DNA of 64,000 nucleotides from Alphaproteobacteria bacterium (lineage in GTDB: Bacteria > Pseudomonadota > Alphaproteobacteria > CADEGL01), in NCBI GenBank assembly GCA_046349515.1, contig JAXMCE010000001.1, forward strand, positions 138,186 to 202,185, read 5' to 3'. This document shows, one piece after another, positions 50,437-59,396 of this stretch. The position numbers and the translations under genes were made by a program. Numbering within the stretch: the first letter of the stretch is position 1; every line of letters starts with the position of its first letter. A model generated the notes under the pieces. That model saw only the letters and a program-made list of their open reading frames with translations. It was not told the origin of the DNA and did not search any database.

Positions 50437-50604
50437 GAAGCGCGCATCTCTCGCGCCCGGCGCGGCGTCTTTTCTTCCGCACGCATTCCGCGCACACTCT
50501 CACCCATCGACGCACCACGGCGATCGGTGCGGTCCGGATCGCGACATGTAAGAGCCGACAGACCAACGGTCGGCCGGTCGCATCCGCGAGCGCTGGAGGG
50601 GACG

Positions 50605-53505
50605 ATGGGGCGGTTCGCGCGGTGGCTCGCCTTGGCCTGCCTTCTTGCGGCGTTGGATGCGCACGCGGCCGAGATCTATGTCACGTCGCGCGCGGCTCCC
50701 ACGATGCCCGTCTTGCTCGATCCCGCCAATCTCGGCCAGCCCGAGCGCCGGCTGCCGGTGCTCTTCATCCACGGCCACAACCCGGATTCGGCCGACGACA
50801 CGGCCGCGGCGGGCCCCAACTACCAGCAGAATTTCTGGAATCCCCTGGGCGCGCTGACCTCGTTCAAGCGCACGCTCGACCACGGAGACAACGCGGGCCT
50901 CGGCATCGAGCCCTACTTCATTCGCTTCCAGGATCAGAACCGCTCGATCACCGAGGACGCGCGCGACATCGGCGAGGCGATCGACCTCATCGTTCAACGC
51001 CACAACCCGGGATTTGCCACGGCCAGCGCCACGACCAGTCCGCCCGTTCAGGTCGTCATCGTGGCCTACAGCAAGGGCACGATCAGCGCGCGACAATATC
51101 TCAAGAGCCTCACGACGGCCGTGCAGGACGCCGGCGGCACGCCGCTGCCCGCGCCGCGCCCGGCCTACCGCCCTGTCTCGGAGTTCATCGCCCTCTCTCC
51201 GCCCAATCATGCGATCAACCTTCCGATCCTCGGCCAGAGCCTGAACAGCCTGTCGCGGCAGCAGCTCAACAACGGCTATGGCGGCGTGCTCTGCAACGCT
51301 CTCGGCGCGCCCGCGGCCAGCGACTACATCCAGATCCTCAACGGCCACCCGATCGCCGACACACAAAGCGCGCCCTTCGGGTCCTTCGCGTCCGAAGCGC
51401 CGGGCAGCCGACCGCCCCTCGCCTCGTCCCCGCCCGGCGCGCCTCCGACGCCACCCTCGGCCGGCACGCTCTACACGACGATCTATGCGACCAACGACGC
51501 CGATCTCGTGGGCGGGGACAATCCTTCGAGCGACTGCCAGGGACGAAAGGTCGCGCGCAACCTCGCGCCCGACGCCGTCAACATCCCGCTCGGCGGGATC
51601 GGCGGCGCCAATGAGGGCGAGGTCCATGCGAACACCGTGCACACCGCGTCCGCGATCTGCCTCGCCCTCCTCACCGCCGTCCATCACCGGGCGCCGCCCA
51701 CCGGCCAGAGCTGCCCGACCAATGCCGATGGCGTGCCCGTCGTGCCGCTCCCGCCGCAAGCCGCGGCCATGCTGACGCTCGACATCTCCGGCAGCATGAA
51801 CCTGCCGGCCTGCCCCGGCTGTCCCACGCGGCTCGCCGTCCTCAAGGATGCGGTCGAGATCTTCGCGCGCCTGTGGTCCGTCATGGGGCGCGATGAAGAC
51901 GCGCTCGGCGTCACCTATTTCCGCACGAGCGTCGATCCGTTCGCGATCAACGGCAACGTGCTGCCCTCGATCGGTTTCGTCGACGCGCTGATCGCCGACA
52001 TCCGCGCCCAGGACATCCAGCCGCAGAACCTCATGACTGCGATGGGCGGCGGACTGCAGAGCGCGGTCGACGCGCTCCGCGCGGCGCCTGCAACCACGGG
52101 CCCCCGCCACGTCATTCTCTTCACGGACGGCATGCAGAACGTGAACCCCATGGTGCTGCCCAATCCGGCGGATCCCGCGCACCTCGTGATCGACAACGAT
52201 GCGACTCCGGGCCGCACCGCCTCGAACGTCGCGCCGACGGTACCGCCGATGACGCTCAACGCGCTTGGCGGCATCTCGATTGACACCATCGGAATCGGCA
52301 CGGGTCAGGCCTTCCTCGACCTGCTCGCCGATATCGCGGGCGAGACCGGCGGCGACACCAAGGCGACCGTAGCAGCGAACGACGATTTGCGCCGCTTCTT
52401 CGTCGAGGAGCTTGTCAACGCCTTGAGGGGATTCAGCCCGCAGCTCGTCGGCTATCGGCGCGGCACGCTTGGGGATTCGCGCGCGAACGAAGAGTTCATC
52501 GTGAACCGGGGCGTACGCAAAATCGCCTTCATGCTCAACTGGCCGCATGGCAAACCGCTCGACCTCCGCATTCTCAAGGACGGAACCGACGTGACGGGTG
52601 CGGCTCGCGTCGTCACGGGTGAATTCTTCCGCATCTACAGCTTCGCATTTCCGGGCACGGGGGGCGTCGCCGCGCCGGACGGACGCTGGCGGATGACGAT
52701 CGGCGGCAAGCCCAAGACAGCCTACGAAGCGGCGGCCCTCGCGGACGATTCGACGCTCGCCTACAGGGTCCGGTTGGGCGCGCGGCGCGAGAAAGTCGAC
52801 CAGCCAATCGCGCTCGACGTCCAAGTCTTGGGCGACAAGCAGCCCATCGACGGCACCGTGACAGTGACGGCCACGATCGAGCGGCCTCAACGGGCCGCCG
52901 GCAACATTCTCGGCCCCGTCGCGTTGTTCGAGGGGACGAAAACGGCGGGCGAGCCGGGCCAATCCTTCGCCGAACGGCGGCATCTGGCTCTTCCCGGCGA
53001 TTCGTCGCGGTGGGCGATGCTCGCCAATCCGCTCCGATCGACCATCAGACTCGAGCCCGACGGCAAAGGCAATTTTCATGCGACGATCGGCGATGTGACG
53101 ACACCCGGCCTGTATCGCGCGATCGTTCACATCAAGGGGGAGGACAGCCGCCTCGGCGCCTTCGAGCGCACGGAAACGGCGACGACCGTCGTGCGCTTCA
53201 ATGAAGCCGATCTCAACCGATCGCAGATCCTCCTCCGGCCTCTCCCGAACAAAAGCGTGATCGAATTGACGCTTCGGCCCCGCGACGCGCATGGCAACCT
53301 TCTGGGTCCCGGCCTGCCGAGGGAGGTCGTGGTCGCGCTCGCGGGCGGCCGCAGGGTCGACGGCCCCGCCGATCTCGGCGACGGGCGCTATCGCTTCGCC
53401 CTCTTCGCCGCCAAGGGCGAGGACGCGGCCATCGCGATCGAGGTCGCGGGCCGGTCACTCTTCAAGGGCACGCTCAAGGAACTGCGCAAGCGCTCGGGCG
53501 GATAG
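50605..53505 (+). CDS. Large secreted multidomain protein: N-terminal lipase-like alpha/beta hydrolase + Cys-rich linker + von Willebrand factor A domain + C-terminal beta-rich region
   Basis: Signal peptide MGRFARWLALACLLAALDAHA with RBS GGAGGGGA. VLFIHGHN plus nucleophile elbow AYSKGT (AxSxG). The vWA MIDAS motif LTLDISGSMN is followed by ...ILFTDGMQN. The C-terminal ~330 aa have no recognisable motif. Confidence 0.7.
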   Translation: MGRFARWLALACLLAALDAHAAEIYVTSRAAPTMPVLLDPANLGQPERRLPVLFIHGHNPDSADDTAAAGPNYQQNFWNPLGALTSFKRTLDHGDNAGLGIEPYFIRFQDQNRSITEDARDIGEAIDLIVQRHNPGFATASATTSPPVQVVIVAYSKGTISARQYLKSLTTAVQDAGGTPLPAPRPAYRPVSEFIALSPPNHAINLPILGQSLNSLSRQQLNNGYGGVLCNALGAPAASDYIQILNGHPIADTQSAPFGSFASEAPGSRPPLASSPPGAPPTPPSAGTLYTTIYATNDADLVGGDNPSSDCQGRKVARNLAPDAVNIPLGGIGGANEGEVHANTVHTASAICLALLTAVHHRAPPTGQSCPTNADGVPVVPLPPQAAAMLTLDISGSMNLPACPGCPTRLAVLKDAVEIFARLWSVMGRDEDALGVTYFRTSVDPFAINGNVLPSIGFVDALIADIRAQDIQPQNLMTAMGGGLQSAVDALRAAPATTGPRHVILFTDGMQNVNPMVLPNPADPAHLVIDNDATPGRTASNVAPTVPPMTLNALGGISIDTIGIGTGQAFLDLLADIAGETGGDTKATVAANDDLRRFFVEELVNALRGFSPQLVGYRRGTLGDSRANEEFIVNRGVRKIAFMLNWPHGKPLDLRILKDGTDVTGAARVVTGEFFRIYSFAFPGTGGVAAPDGRWRMTIGGKPKTAYEAAALADDSTLAYRVRLGARREKVDQPIALDVQVLGDKQPIDGTVTVTATIERPQRAAGNILGPVALFEGTKTAGEPGQSFAERRHLALPGDSSRWAMLANPLRSTIRLEPDGKGNFHATIGDVTTPGLYRAIVHIKGEDSRLGAFERTETATTVVRFNEADLNRSQILLRPLPNKSVIELTLRPRDAHGNLLGPGLPREVVVALAGGRRVDGPADLGDGRYRFALFAAKGEDAAIAIEVAGRSLFKGTLKELRKRSGG

Positions 53506-53594
53506 CCGGCCCGGCCGATTCGGCCCATGGCGCGAAATGCGCCGCCATTGTATTGCTCTCGCCCGATGGGTGATCCAAGCGAGAGGAGGCCGTG

Positions 53595-54758
53595 ATGGCC
53601 GAAAAGAGAAACCGCCCCGGCTTCGCGACCCGGTCGATCCACGCGGGACAGCACCACGATCCCACGACCGGCGCCGTCATCACGCCCATCTACGCCACCT
53701 CGACCTACGCGCAAGAATCACCGGGCGTGAACAAGGGATTTCTATACAGCCGCGCCCACAACCCCACGCGCTTCGCCTTCGAACGCTGCATCGCCGACCT
53801 CGAGGACGGGCAGGCCGGGTTCGCCTTCGCGAGCGGTCTCGCCGCGATCGCCGCCGTGCTCGAGACGCTCGACGCGGGCAGCCATCTCGTCACCGGCGAC
53901 GATCTCTATGGCGGCACGTATCGAATGCTGACCAAGGTCCGCAACCGCTCCCAAGGGCTCCAGGTGAGCTTCGTCGATCCGACCGATCTCGCCGCGCTCG
54001 AAGCCGCGCTCCGGCCCGAGACGCGCATGATCTACATCGAGACGCCGACCAATCCCTTCCTCAAGGTCGCCGACCTCGAAGCCATCGCGGCTCTCGGCCG
54101 GCGACGCGGCATCACGACCGTCTGCGACAACACCTTTGCCTCGCCTTGGGTGCAGCGCCCCCTCACCCATGGTTTCGACATCGTGCTCCACTCGGCGACC
54201 AAGTACATCAACGGCCATTCGGACATGTTGGGCGGCATCGTGGTCGTCGGCGCCAACACCGCGCTGGCCGACCAGTTGAAGTTCATCCAGATGTCGACCG
54301 GCGGCATTCTCTCGCCTTTCGACAGTTTTCTTGCGCTCCGCGGCGTCAAGACCCTGCCGATCCGCATGGAGCGGCATTGCGAAAACGCCGAGGCCATCGC
54401 GGCCTGGCTCGCGCGCCATCCCCGGGTCGAGCAGGTGTTCTTCCCCGGCCTTGCCAGCCATCCGCAGCACGCGCTGGCCAAGCGCCAGATGCGTGGCTTC
54501 GGTGGCATGATCAGCGCCACGCTCAAGGGCGACATCGCGGAAGTGCGGCGCGTGCTCGAGCGGTGCGAGCTCTTCGCGCTCGCCGTCAGCCTCGGCGGCG
54601 TCGAAAGCCTCATCGAGCACCCGGCGCTCATGACGCATGCGTCCCTGACGCCCGAGGCGCGCGCGGCGCTCGGCATCGGCGACAGCCTCATCCGCCTCTC
54701 GGTCGGGATCGAGGACGTCGACGACCTCATCGCGGATCTCGACCAGGCCATGAGGTAG
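53595..54758 (+). CDS. Cys/Met-metabolism PLP-dependent enzyme (cystathionine gamma-synthase / gamma-lyase / O-succinylhomoserine sulfhydrylase family)
   Basis: TPIYATSTY, and the PLP-lysine region SATKYINGHSD (Lys after T). Full-length fold-type I gamma-family conservation. ATG 53595 has [12 protein letters not shown]. The track start is GTG 53592. Confidence 0.8.
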   Translation: MAEKRNRPGFATRSIHAGQHHDPTTGAVITPIYATSTYAQESPGVNKGFLYSRAHNPTRFAFERCIADLEDGQAGFAFASGLAAIAAVLETLDAGSHLVTGDDLYGGTYRMLTKVRNRSQGLQVSFVDPTDLAALEAALRPETRMIYIETPTNPFLKVADLEAIAALGRRRGITTVCDNTFASPWVQRPLTHGFDIVLHSATKYINGHSDMLGGIVVVGANTALADQLKFIQMSTGGILSPFDSFLALRGVKTLPIRMERHCENAEAIAAWLARHPRVEQVFFPGLASHPQHALAKRQMRGFGGMISATLKGDIAEVRRVLERCELFALAVSLGGVESLIEHPALMTHASLTPEARAALGIGDSLIRLSVGIEDVDDLIADLDQAMR

Positions 54759-54795
54759 GAAACGCCTGTCCAACATCGAGGAGGGAGGCCAGTCC

Positions 54796-55254
54796 ATGCG
54801 CGTTGATCTGGCGACGATCGCGGACGTTCCGAGACTGGCCGAGCTTCTCGAGATTCTCTTCTCCCAGGAGGACGAATTCGTGCCGGACCGGCCGCGCCAG
54901 GAACGAGGCCTTCGCGCCATCGTGAGCGATCCGGAGATGGGAGAGATCCTCGTCCTTCGGGACGGCGGCGCCATCATCGGAATGGTCAGCCTTCTCTATC
55001 TCGTATCGACGGCACTCGGCGGCCGCGTCGCCCTTCTCGAGGACATGGTCGTCGAGCCGGAGAGACGCGGTAGCGGGGCGGGCTCGCTGCTCCTCACCGC
55101 CGCGATCGCGCATGCGCGCGATGCTGGCTGCCTGCGGATCACGCTCCTCACGGACCAGTCGAACGCGGCGGGCCAGCGATTCTACGGACGGCACGGCTTC
55201 ACGCGATCGACGATGGTGCCGATGCGGCTTCTCCTGGAGGCCGCGCGCGGCTGA
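54796..55254 (+). CDS. GNAT family N-acetyltransferase
   Basis: LLEDMVVEPERRGSGAGSLLL (motif A) and FYGRHGF (motif B). 152 aa. Confidence 0.75.
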   Translation: MRVDLATIADVPRLAELLEILFSQEDEFVPDRPRQERGLRAIVSDPEMGEILVLRDGGAIIGMVSLLYLVSTALGGRVALLEDMVVEPERRGSGAGSLLLTAAIAHARDAGCLRITLLTDQSNAAGQRFYGRHGFTRSTMVPMRLLLEAARG

Positions 55255-55256
55255 GC

Positions 55257-58214
55257 CTACATCAGCACCTCGACGCGGGGCGCGGCGCCGGCCTTGGTGT
55301 CGATCTTGGACGAGCAGATGAAGACGCGCTCATGGGACACATGGCGGGTCTCGACGAGGTGATCCTTGACGAGGCGCGCGCGGCGGTTCGCCAAGCGCAT
55401 GAGCCGCTCGTCGCTGATCCCGGCCGGCGCGGCCCCAGCGGGTGGCGTCGCACCCGGCGATGGCGCGGTCCCATCATCGCCATCTTCGCTTCGCGGCGCG
55501 GCTTCGACAGGCGTTCCCTGAGGCGGCGAAGCAGCGGCGGCCTCGGCTGCGCGCTTCGCGAGCGCGTCCCGGTCGCCGTCCGTCGCGCGCCCGCAGACCG
55601 ACAGCGTCACGCCCGGCCGCTCCGTGAGCATCTTGCCCAATTCCCCAAGATAGGTGATGCCGGCGGGACCGAGATCGGCCGACCCGGCCTCGAACGGCAC
55701 CGGATTGAACTGCAGCTTGGATTCGCCGGCATCGTGAAGGATGGAGATGAGGCCGACGATGGGGATCGCGAACTTGAAGGTCGTCAGAATCGTGTTCCGG
55801 ATCGCGTTTCCGACGGCCTGGTTGATCGCGTCGCTGAAATCGAACTGCGGATTGTCGATGTTGCCCGAGACCGGCAGCGAGAGGTGGATGACATCGTCCG
55901 AATCGCGCAAGAGCGAGAGACCCTTCTCGAGCGGCACATCGAGCTTCTCGCGGAGCGCGCGCGCATCCGCCGTGTCGGGTGCCTCCACCTGGAGCTTGCT
56001 CAAGACCAACTTGCTGCCGGCGTGAAGCTGGCCGTCGTTGACGCTCACGCGGACATCGGCGTCGAGCCGACCGCGCGTCAGCGCGTAGCCGAGATTCCGA
56101 GACACATAGGACGAGATGACCGGCAGATCGAAGGATTTGAGCGTGCCTTCCGCCTCGAGCGTCAGATGCGAGGCGAAGGGACGCACCGTGCCCTTGGCAT
56201 CGAGCTGGCCGTAGCCGCCGAAGGTCGCACTGAGCGCGAACGGCGAATCGGCGGCCGGCTCCGCCGAATCGACGGCCCCGATCCGGGCCGAGAACGGCGC
56301 GGCCGCCAGGCGCACGGGCGGCTCGACGCTCCGATCCTCGAAGACGAGACGGCTGCCCTCGCCGATGACGACCTCGCCGACGGCAAAGGTCGCGCTGCGT
56401 TCGTCAGGCGTCGCCGCTTGGCCTTGCCGCGCTTGTCCCTCGCCTTCGGCTCTGGAGGGCTTGCCGAGCGAAAGGACGGGTTCGACCAAATCGAAGCGGC
56501 CATCGGCATTGCGAACGATCCGGGTCGTGCTGCCATCGAACGCCACGCGCTTGGCGGTGATTCGCGCCGGCGTCGGCATCTCGACGCGCTCGACGGTCAG
56601 TTTCTTGAGAGCGAGCGCCGGCCGTGGTCCGCGCCGCCCACCCTCACCGGCATCGCCCTCCGCCTGAAGCGCACGAAGCTCGGTGGCCGTCATCTCATCG
56701 AAGGCCAGGACGACATTGGGTCCAAGCCGGAGGCGCTTCGCCTCGAGCGTGCCCAGGTCGATCACCCGCTGGCGAAGCCGCTTCGAATCGAGGCTCAAGC
56801 CGGTCACTTGCGAATCGGCTTCCATGACCAGTTTCGACGGCGCATTCGCGTTCGCGCGCGCGACGTCGACCTTGCCCGCCCACTGGACCGCCTCCTGGCG
56901 CAGCACCAGTCCCGCCGGCAGCCATTCGAGTATCGACTTCGCGTAGCGCGCCCGGCCGTCGGCCGACGCGCTCGTGCCGCCGTCTTCTCCTTCGGCGTAC
57001 GAGAGAGAGCCGTTCCACTCGACGAGCTCGCTGCTCCCATTGAACACGGGATCGCGCGACTGCAATGCCTTGATGCGCGCATTCCCGCCGAGCGTGGCGC
57101 GGATGTGCCCGGCAGCCCCCATCGCGAACTCGCCCCGTAGATCGTCGAGCGTCACGTTCTCCGCCGTCACTCTTTGCCGGCCGGGCGGATAAGGGCCCTC
57201 CCATTGCGCAACCTCGGCCGCAAGCGTGCCATCGATGCGGACGTTCTCAGCGGCCGCGCCTGCGCCCGCGCTGTCTTGGCTCGGCGGCGCGCTCTTCGCC
57301 TGCGCTGTCGTCGAGAATTTGACGTCGCCGGCCCAACGCGCCTTCTTGAAGCCGACGGACATGTCGCCGACGGCCGCCTCGACGTCGTCGAGCGACAACG
57401 GTCCCGACATGTGTCCTTCGAGGCCGCCATCGCGCGCGCGCCTCAGGTCCAGTTTCAGCTCCGCATGGACCATACCGCCCACACGGTCGACGCTCCCGGG
57501 CGAGGCGAGCGGTACCAAGGAATTCAGGCGGAGCGATGCCAGCCGGAACTCGCCCGCGATGCGAAGGATTTTCGCGAAGGGCGTCATCGTTCCCTTGGCC
57601 GCGATGTGTCCGCCTGCCGCGGTTCCTTTCATCTCGAAGGCACTCTCGCTCAAGGGTGTCCACGGGCGGACGTCCGACAGGCGCAGAAGTTCGATGTCGG
57701 CCGTCTCGGCCAGCTCCCCTTGGCGATAGCGGATGCGCGCCTTCCGAATCTCCATCGACTCGATGCCGACAATCCACCGGGACCCGGCGGACGGCGCCTT
57801 GGCGTCGCCGAGTGGCCCCCAGCCGGCCAGCACCCATCCGTTGTCGGCGCGCTCGAACTCGAAATGCGCATCGTCGATGCGCAGGTCCTGGAAGCGGACG
57901 CGGTGATTCACGAGATCCGAAACGTCGATGTCGAATTGCGCACGGGCGATGGACAGCTCTCCGCCCGACGGGGTCTTGATGCTGAGGTCCCTGAGGCTGC
58001 CGCGCCCCGTTACCGGGTTGAAGCGAATCGCCCCGAGATTGATCTCGTTCGCCGCGTCCGTGGTGAGCGCGTCCTTGACGACCTTCCCGACAAGGGCCGG
58101 CGAGCCGAGAAACGTGCCCGCCGCGAGGAGGGCCGCGACGATGCCGATCGCGAGCCCCCAGCGCCAGAGCCGGGCCCTGTCACGCCGCGACGATGCGGTC
58201 CCCCCGTCAGCCAT
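55257..58214 (-). CDS. AsmA-family / DUF748-like large envelope protein
   Basis: 985 aa. Single N-terminal TM (WGLAIGIVAALLAAGTFLG), a long beta-rich periplasmic region with repetitive amphipathic segments, and a C-terminal region resembling AsmA/TamB-like tails. The assignment is by architecture only. Confidence 0.55.
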   Translation of the reverse strand: MADGGTASSRRDRARLWRWGLAIGIVAALLAAGTFLGSPALVGKVVKDALTTDAANEINLGAIRFNPVTGRGSLRDLSIKTPSGGELSIARAQFDIDVSDLVNHRVRFQDLRIDDAHFEFERADNGWVLAGWGPLGDAKAPSAGSRWIVGIESMEIRKARIRYRQGELAETADIELLRLSDVRPWTPLSESAFEMKGTAAGGHIAAKGTMTPFAKILRIAGEFRLASLRLNSLVPLASPGSVDRVGGMVHAELKLDLRRARDGGLEGHMSGPLSLDDVEAAVGDMSVGFKKARWAGDVKFSTTAQAKSAPPSQDSAGAGAAAENVRIDGTLAAEVAQWEGPYPPGRQRVTAENVTLDDLRGEFAMGAAGHIRATLGGNARIKALQSRDPVFNGSSELVEWNGSLSYAEGEDGGTSASADGRARYAKSILEWLPAGLVLRQEAVQWAGKVDVARANANAPSKLVMEADSQVTGLSLDSKRLRQRVIDLGTLEAKRLRLGPNVVLAFDEMTATELRALQAEGDAGEGGRRGPRPALALKKLTVERVEMPTPARITAKRVAFDGSTTRIVRNADGRFDLVEPVLSLGKPSRAEGEGQARQGQAATPDERSATFAVGEVVIGEGSRLVFEDRSVEPPVRLAAAPFSARIGAVDSAEPAADSPFALSATFGGYGQLDAKGTVRPFASHLTLEAEGTLKSFDLPVISSYVSRNLGYALTRGRLDADVRVSVNDGQLHAGSKLVLSKLQVEAPDTADARALREKLDVPLEKGLSLLRDSDDVIHLSLPVSGNIDNPQFDFSDAINQAVGNAIRNTILTTFKFAIPIVGLISILHDAGESKLQFNPVPFEAGSADLGPAGITYLGELGKMLTERPGVTLSVCGRATDGDRDALAKRAAEAAAASPPQGTPVEAAPRSEDGDDGTAPSPGATPPAGAAPAGISDERLMRLANRRARLVKDHLVETRHVSHERVFICSSKIDTKAGAAPRVEVLM

Positions 58215-58687
58215 CGCATCCCGCCCGCATCAATGCGGCGGAAGCAGTCCGGCAAGCGTGTTCGGCACGAGGATCGAACATGCCAGCCAAGATAGCAGGC
58301 GCTCCCGATACGGCCAAAGCCGGGCCCGACCGCGAGAGCTGTCCCTGCCAACAGGCCGCGCCCGCCTATGGATGCTTTCCGGGCGGTCGCCGACCCTCGC
58401 GCTTCGGGACCGCCCCCAACCGCCGACCGCTCTCACGGCGCAAGACCCGCTGGGATTGACCTCTTCATGCCGTTCGGCACGCCAAGAGCGCGCGTTTTCG
58501 CAAGCGATACTTGCGCATTTATGGCTCGAACACACTTTCACATCAGCCAAATGGCGTAAGCCTTGGAAAACGTTGACCTCGCGATTCCGAGCACAGACCA
58601 TGGTACCGCAACGATGCGCGGCGACCGTACCGATGCGCATCCGCCGTCGCTCTCTCGAGCGGGACGCGTGGGACAAGGGGGGCACTC

Positions 58688-59131
58688 ATGTGGGCGCGAC
58701 TGACGAAGGCGGCGCCGATTCTGTTGGGGCTGTTCGTGCTCGCCGTGCCGCCGACGGCGGCGGTTTCAAACGAATGGCCGAAGATCGCCATCGGTGGCTA
58801 TGACCCCGTCGCCTACTTCACGAACGGCCGGGCCACGCACGGCAATCAGGAATACGTCCATGTCTGGCACGACGCGATGTATCTCTTCGCGACGCCCTCG
58901 CATCGCGAGGCCTTCATCAAAGACCCGGCGCGCTACGCGCCGCAATTCGACGGATTCTGCGTCTTCGGCATGACCGCGGGACAGAAGCTCGAGGCTGATC
59001 CCGAAGCTTGGGCCATCGTGAACGGCAAGCTCTACGTCACCTTCGACAAGGCCATGCAGGCGAAGCTCCTCGCCGACCCCCAGTCCGTCATCGCGAGCGC
59101 GGAGGCGCGCTGGGCGACCCTGTCGCACTAG
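58688..59131 (+). CDS. Periplasmic YHS-like domain protein
   Basis: Signal peptide. GYDPVAYF...G....G..YLFAT..HREAF..DPARYAPQFDGFCVFG resembles periplasmic YHS-domain proteins. Confidence 0.55.
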   Translation: MWARLTKAAPILLGLFVLAVPPTAAVSNEWPKIAIGGYDPVAYFTNGRATHGNQEYVHVWHDAMYLFATPSHREAFIKDPARYAPQFDGFCVFGMTAGQKLEADPEAWAIVNGKLYVTFDKAMQAKLLADPQSVIASAEARWATLSH

Positions 59132-59396
59132 CGCGACCCTGCCCGGCACGGTCAGCGCGACGGATTGCCGCGGGCGAAGCTCCGGCAGCCCCTATCGACA
59201 AAGCGAGATCGCAGCGACACTCTAGCCGGCGAGCGAAAAGGCCGCGGGGGGAGAGGATGCCAACGAGGAACGAGCCGCCGTTGAGCCGCGCGGAATTCGC
59301 CGGGCGTCGCCCCAAGGCCCAGCGCGGCATGGCGCGCGCCGTCACCGACACGGGCGACCGGCTGCGAACCGAAAATCCTCGGGACGCCACCGTCAC

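Noticed and set aside
50500-53292. 930-aa minus-strand ORF
   Set aside because: It is antisense to the lipase-vWA gene. Its translation is R/G/A/D low complexity, whereas the plus frame has a signal peptide, AxSxG and MIDAS motifs plus an RBS.
55332-57140. 602-aa plus-strand ORF (and 57174..58295)
   Set aside because: It is antisense to the AsmA-like gene. The sense frame has an N-terminal TM helix and an RBS, whereas the antisense frame is Arg-rich.
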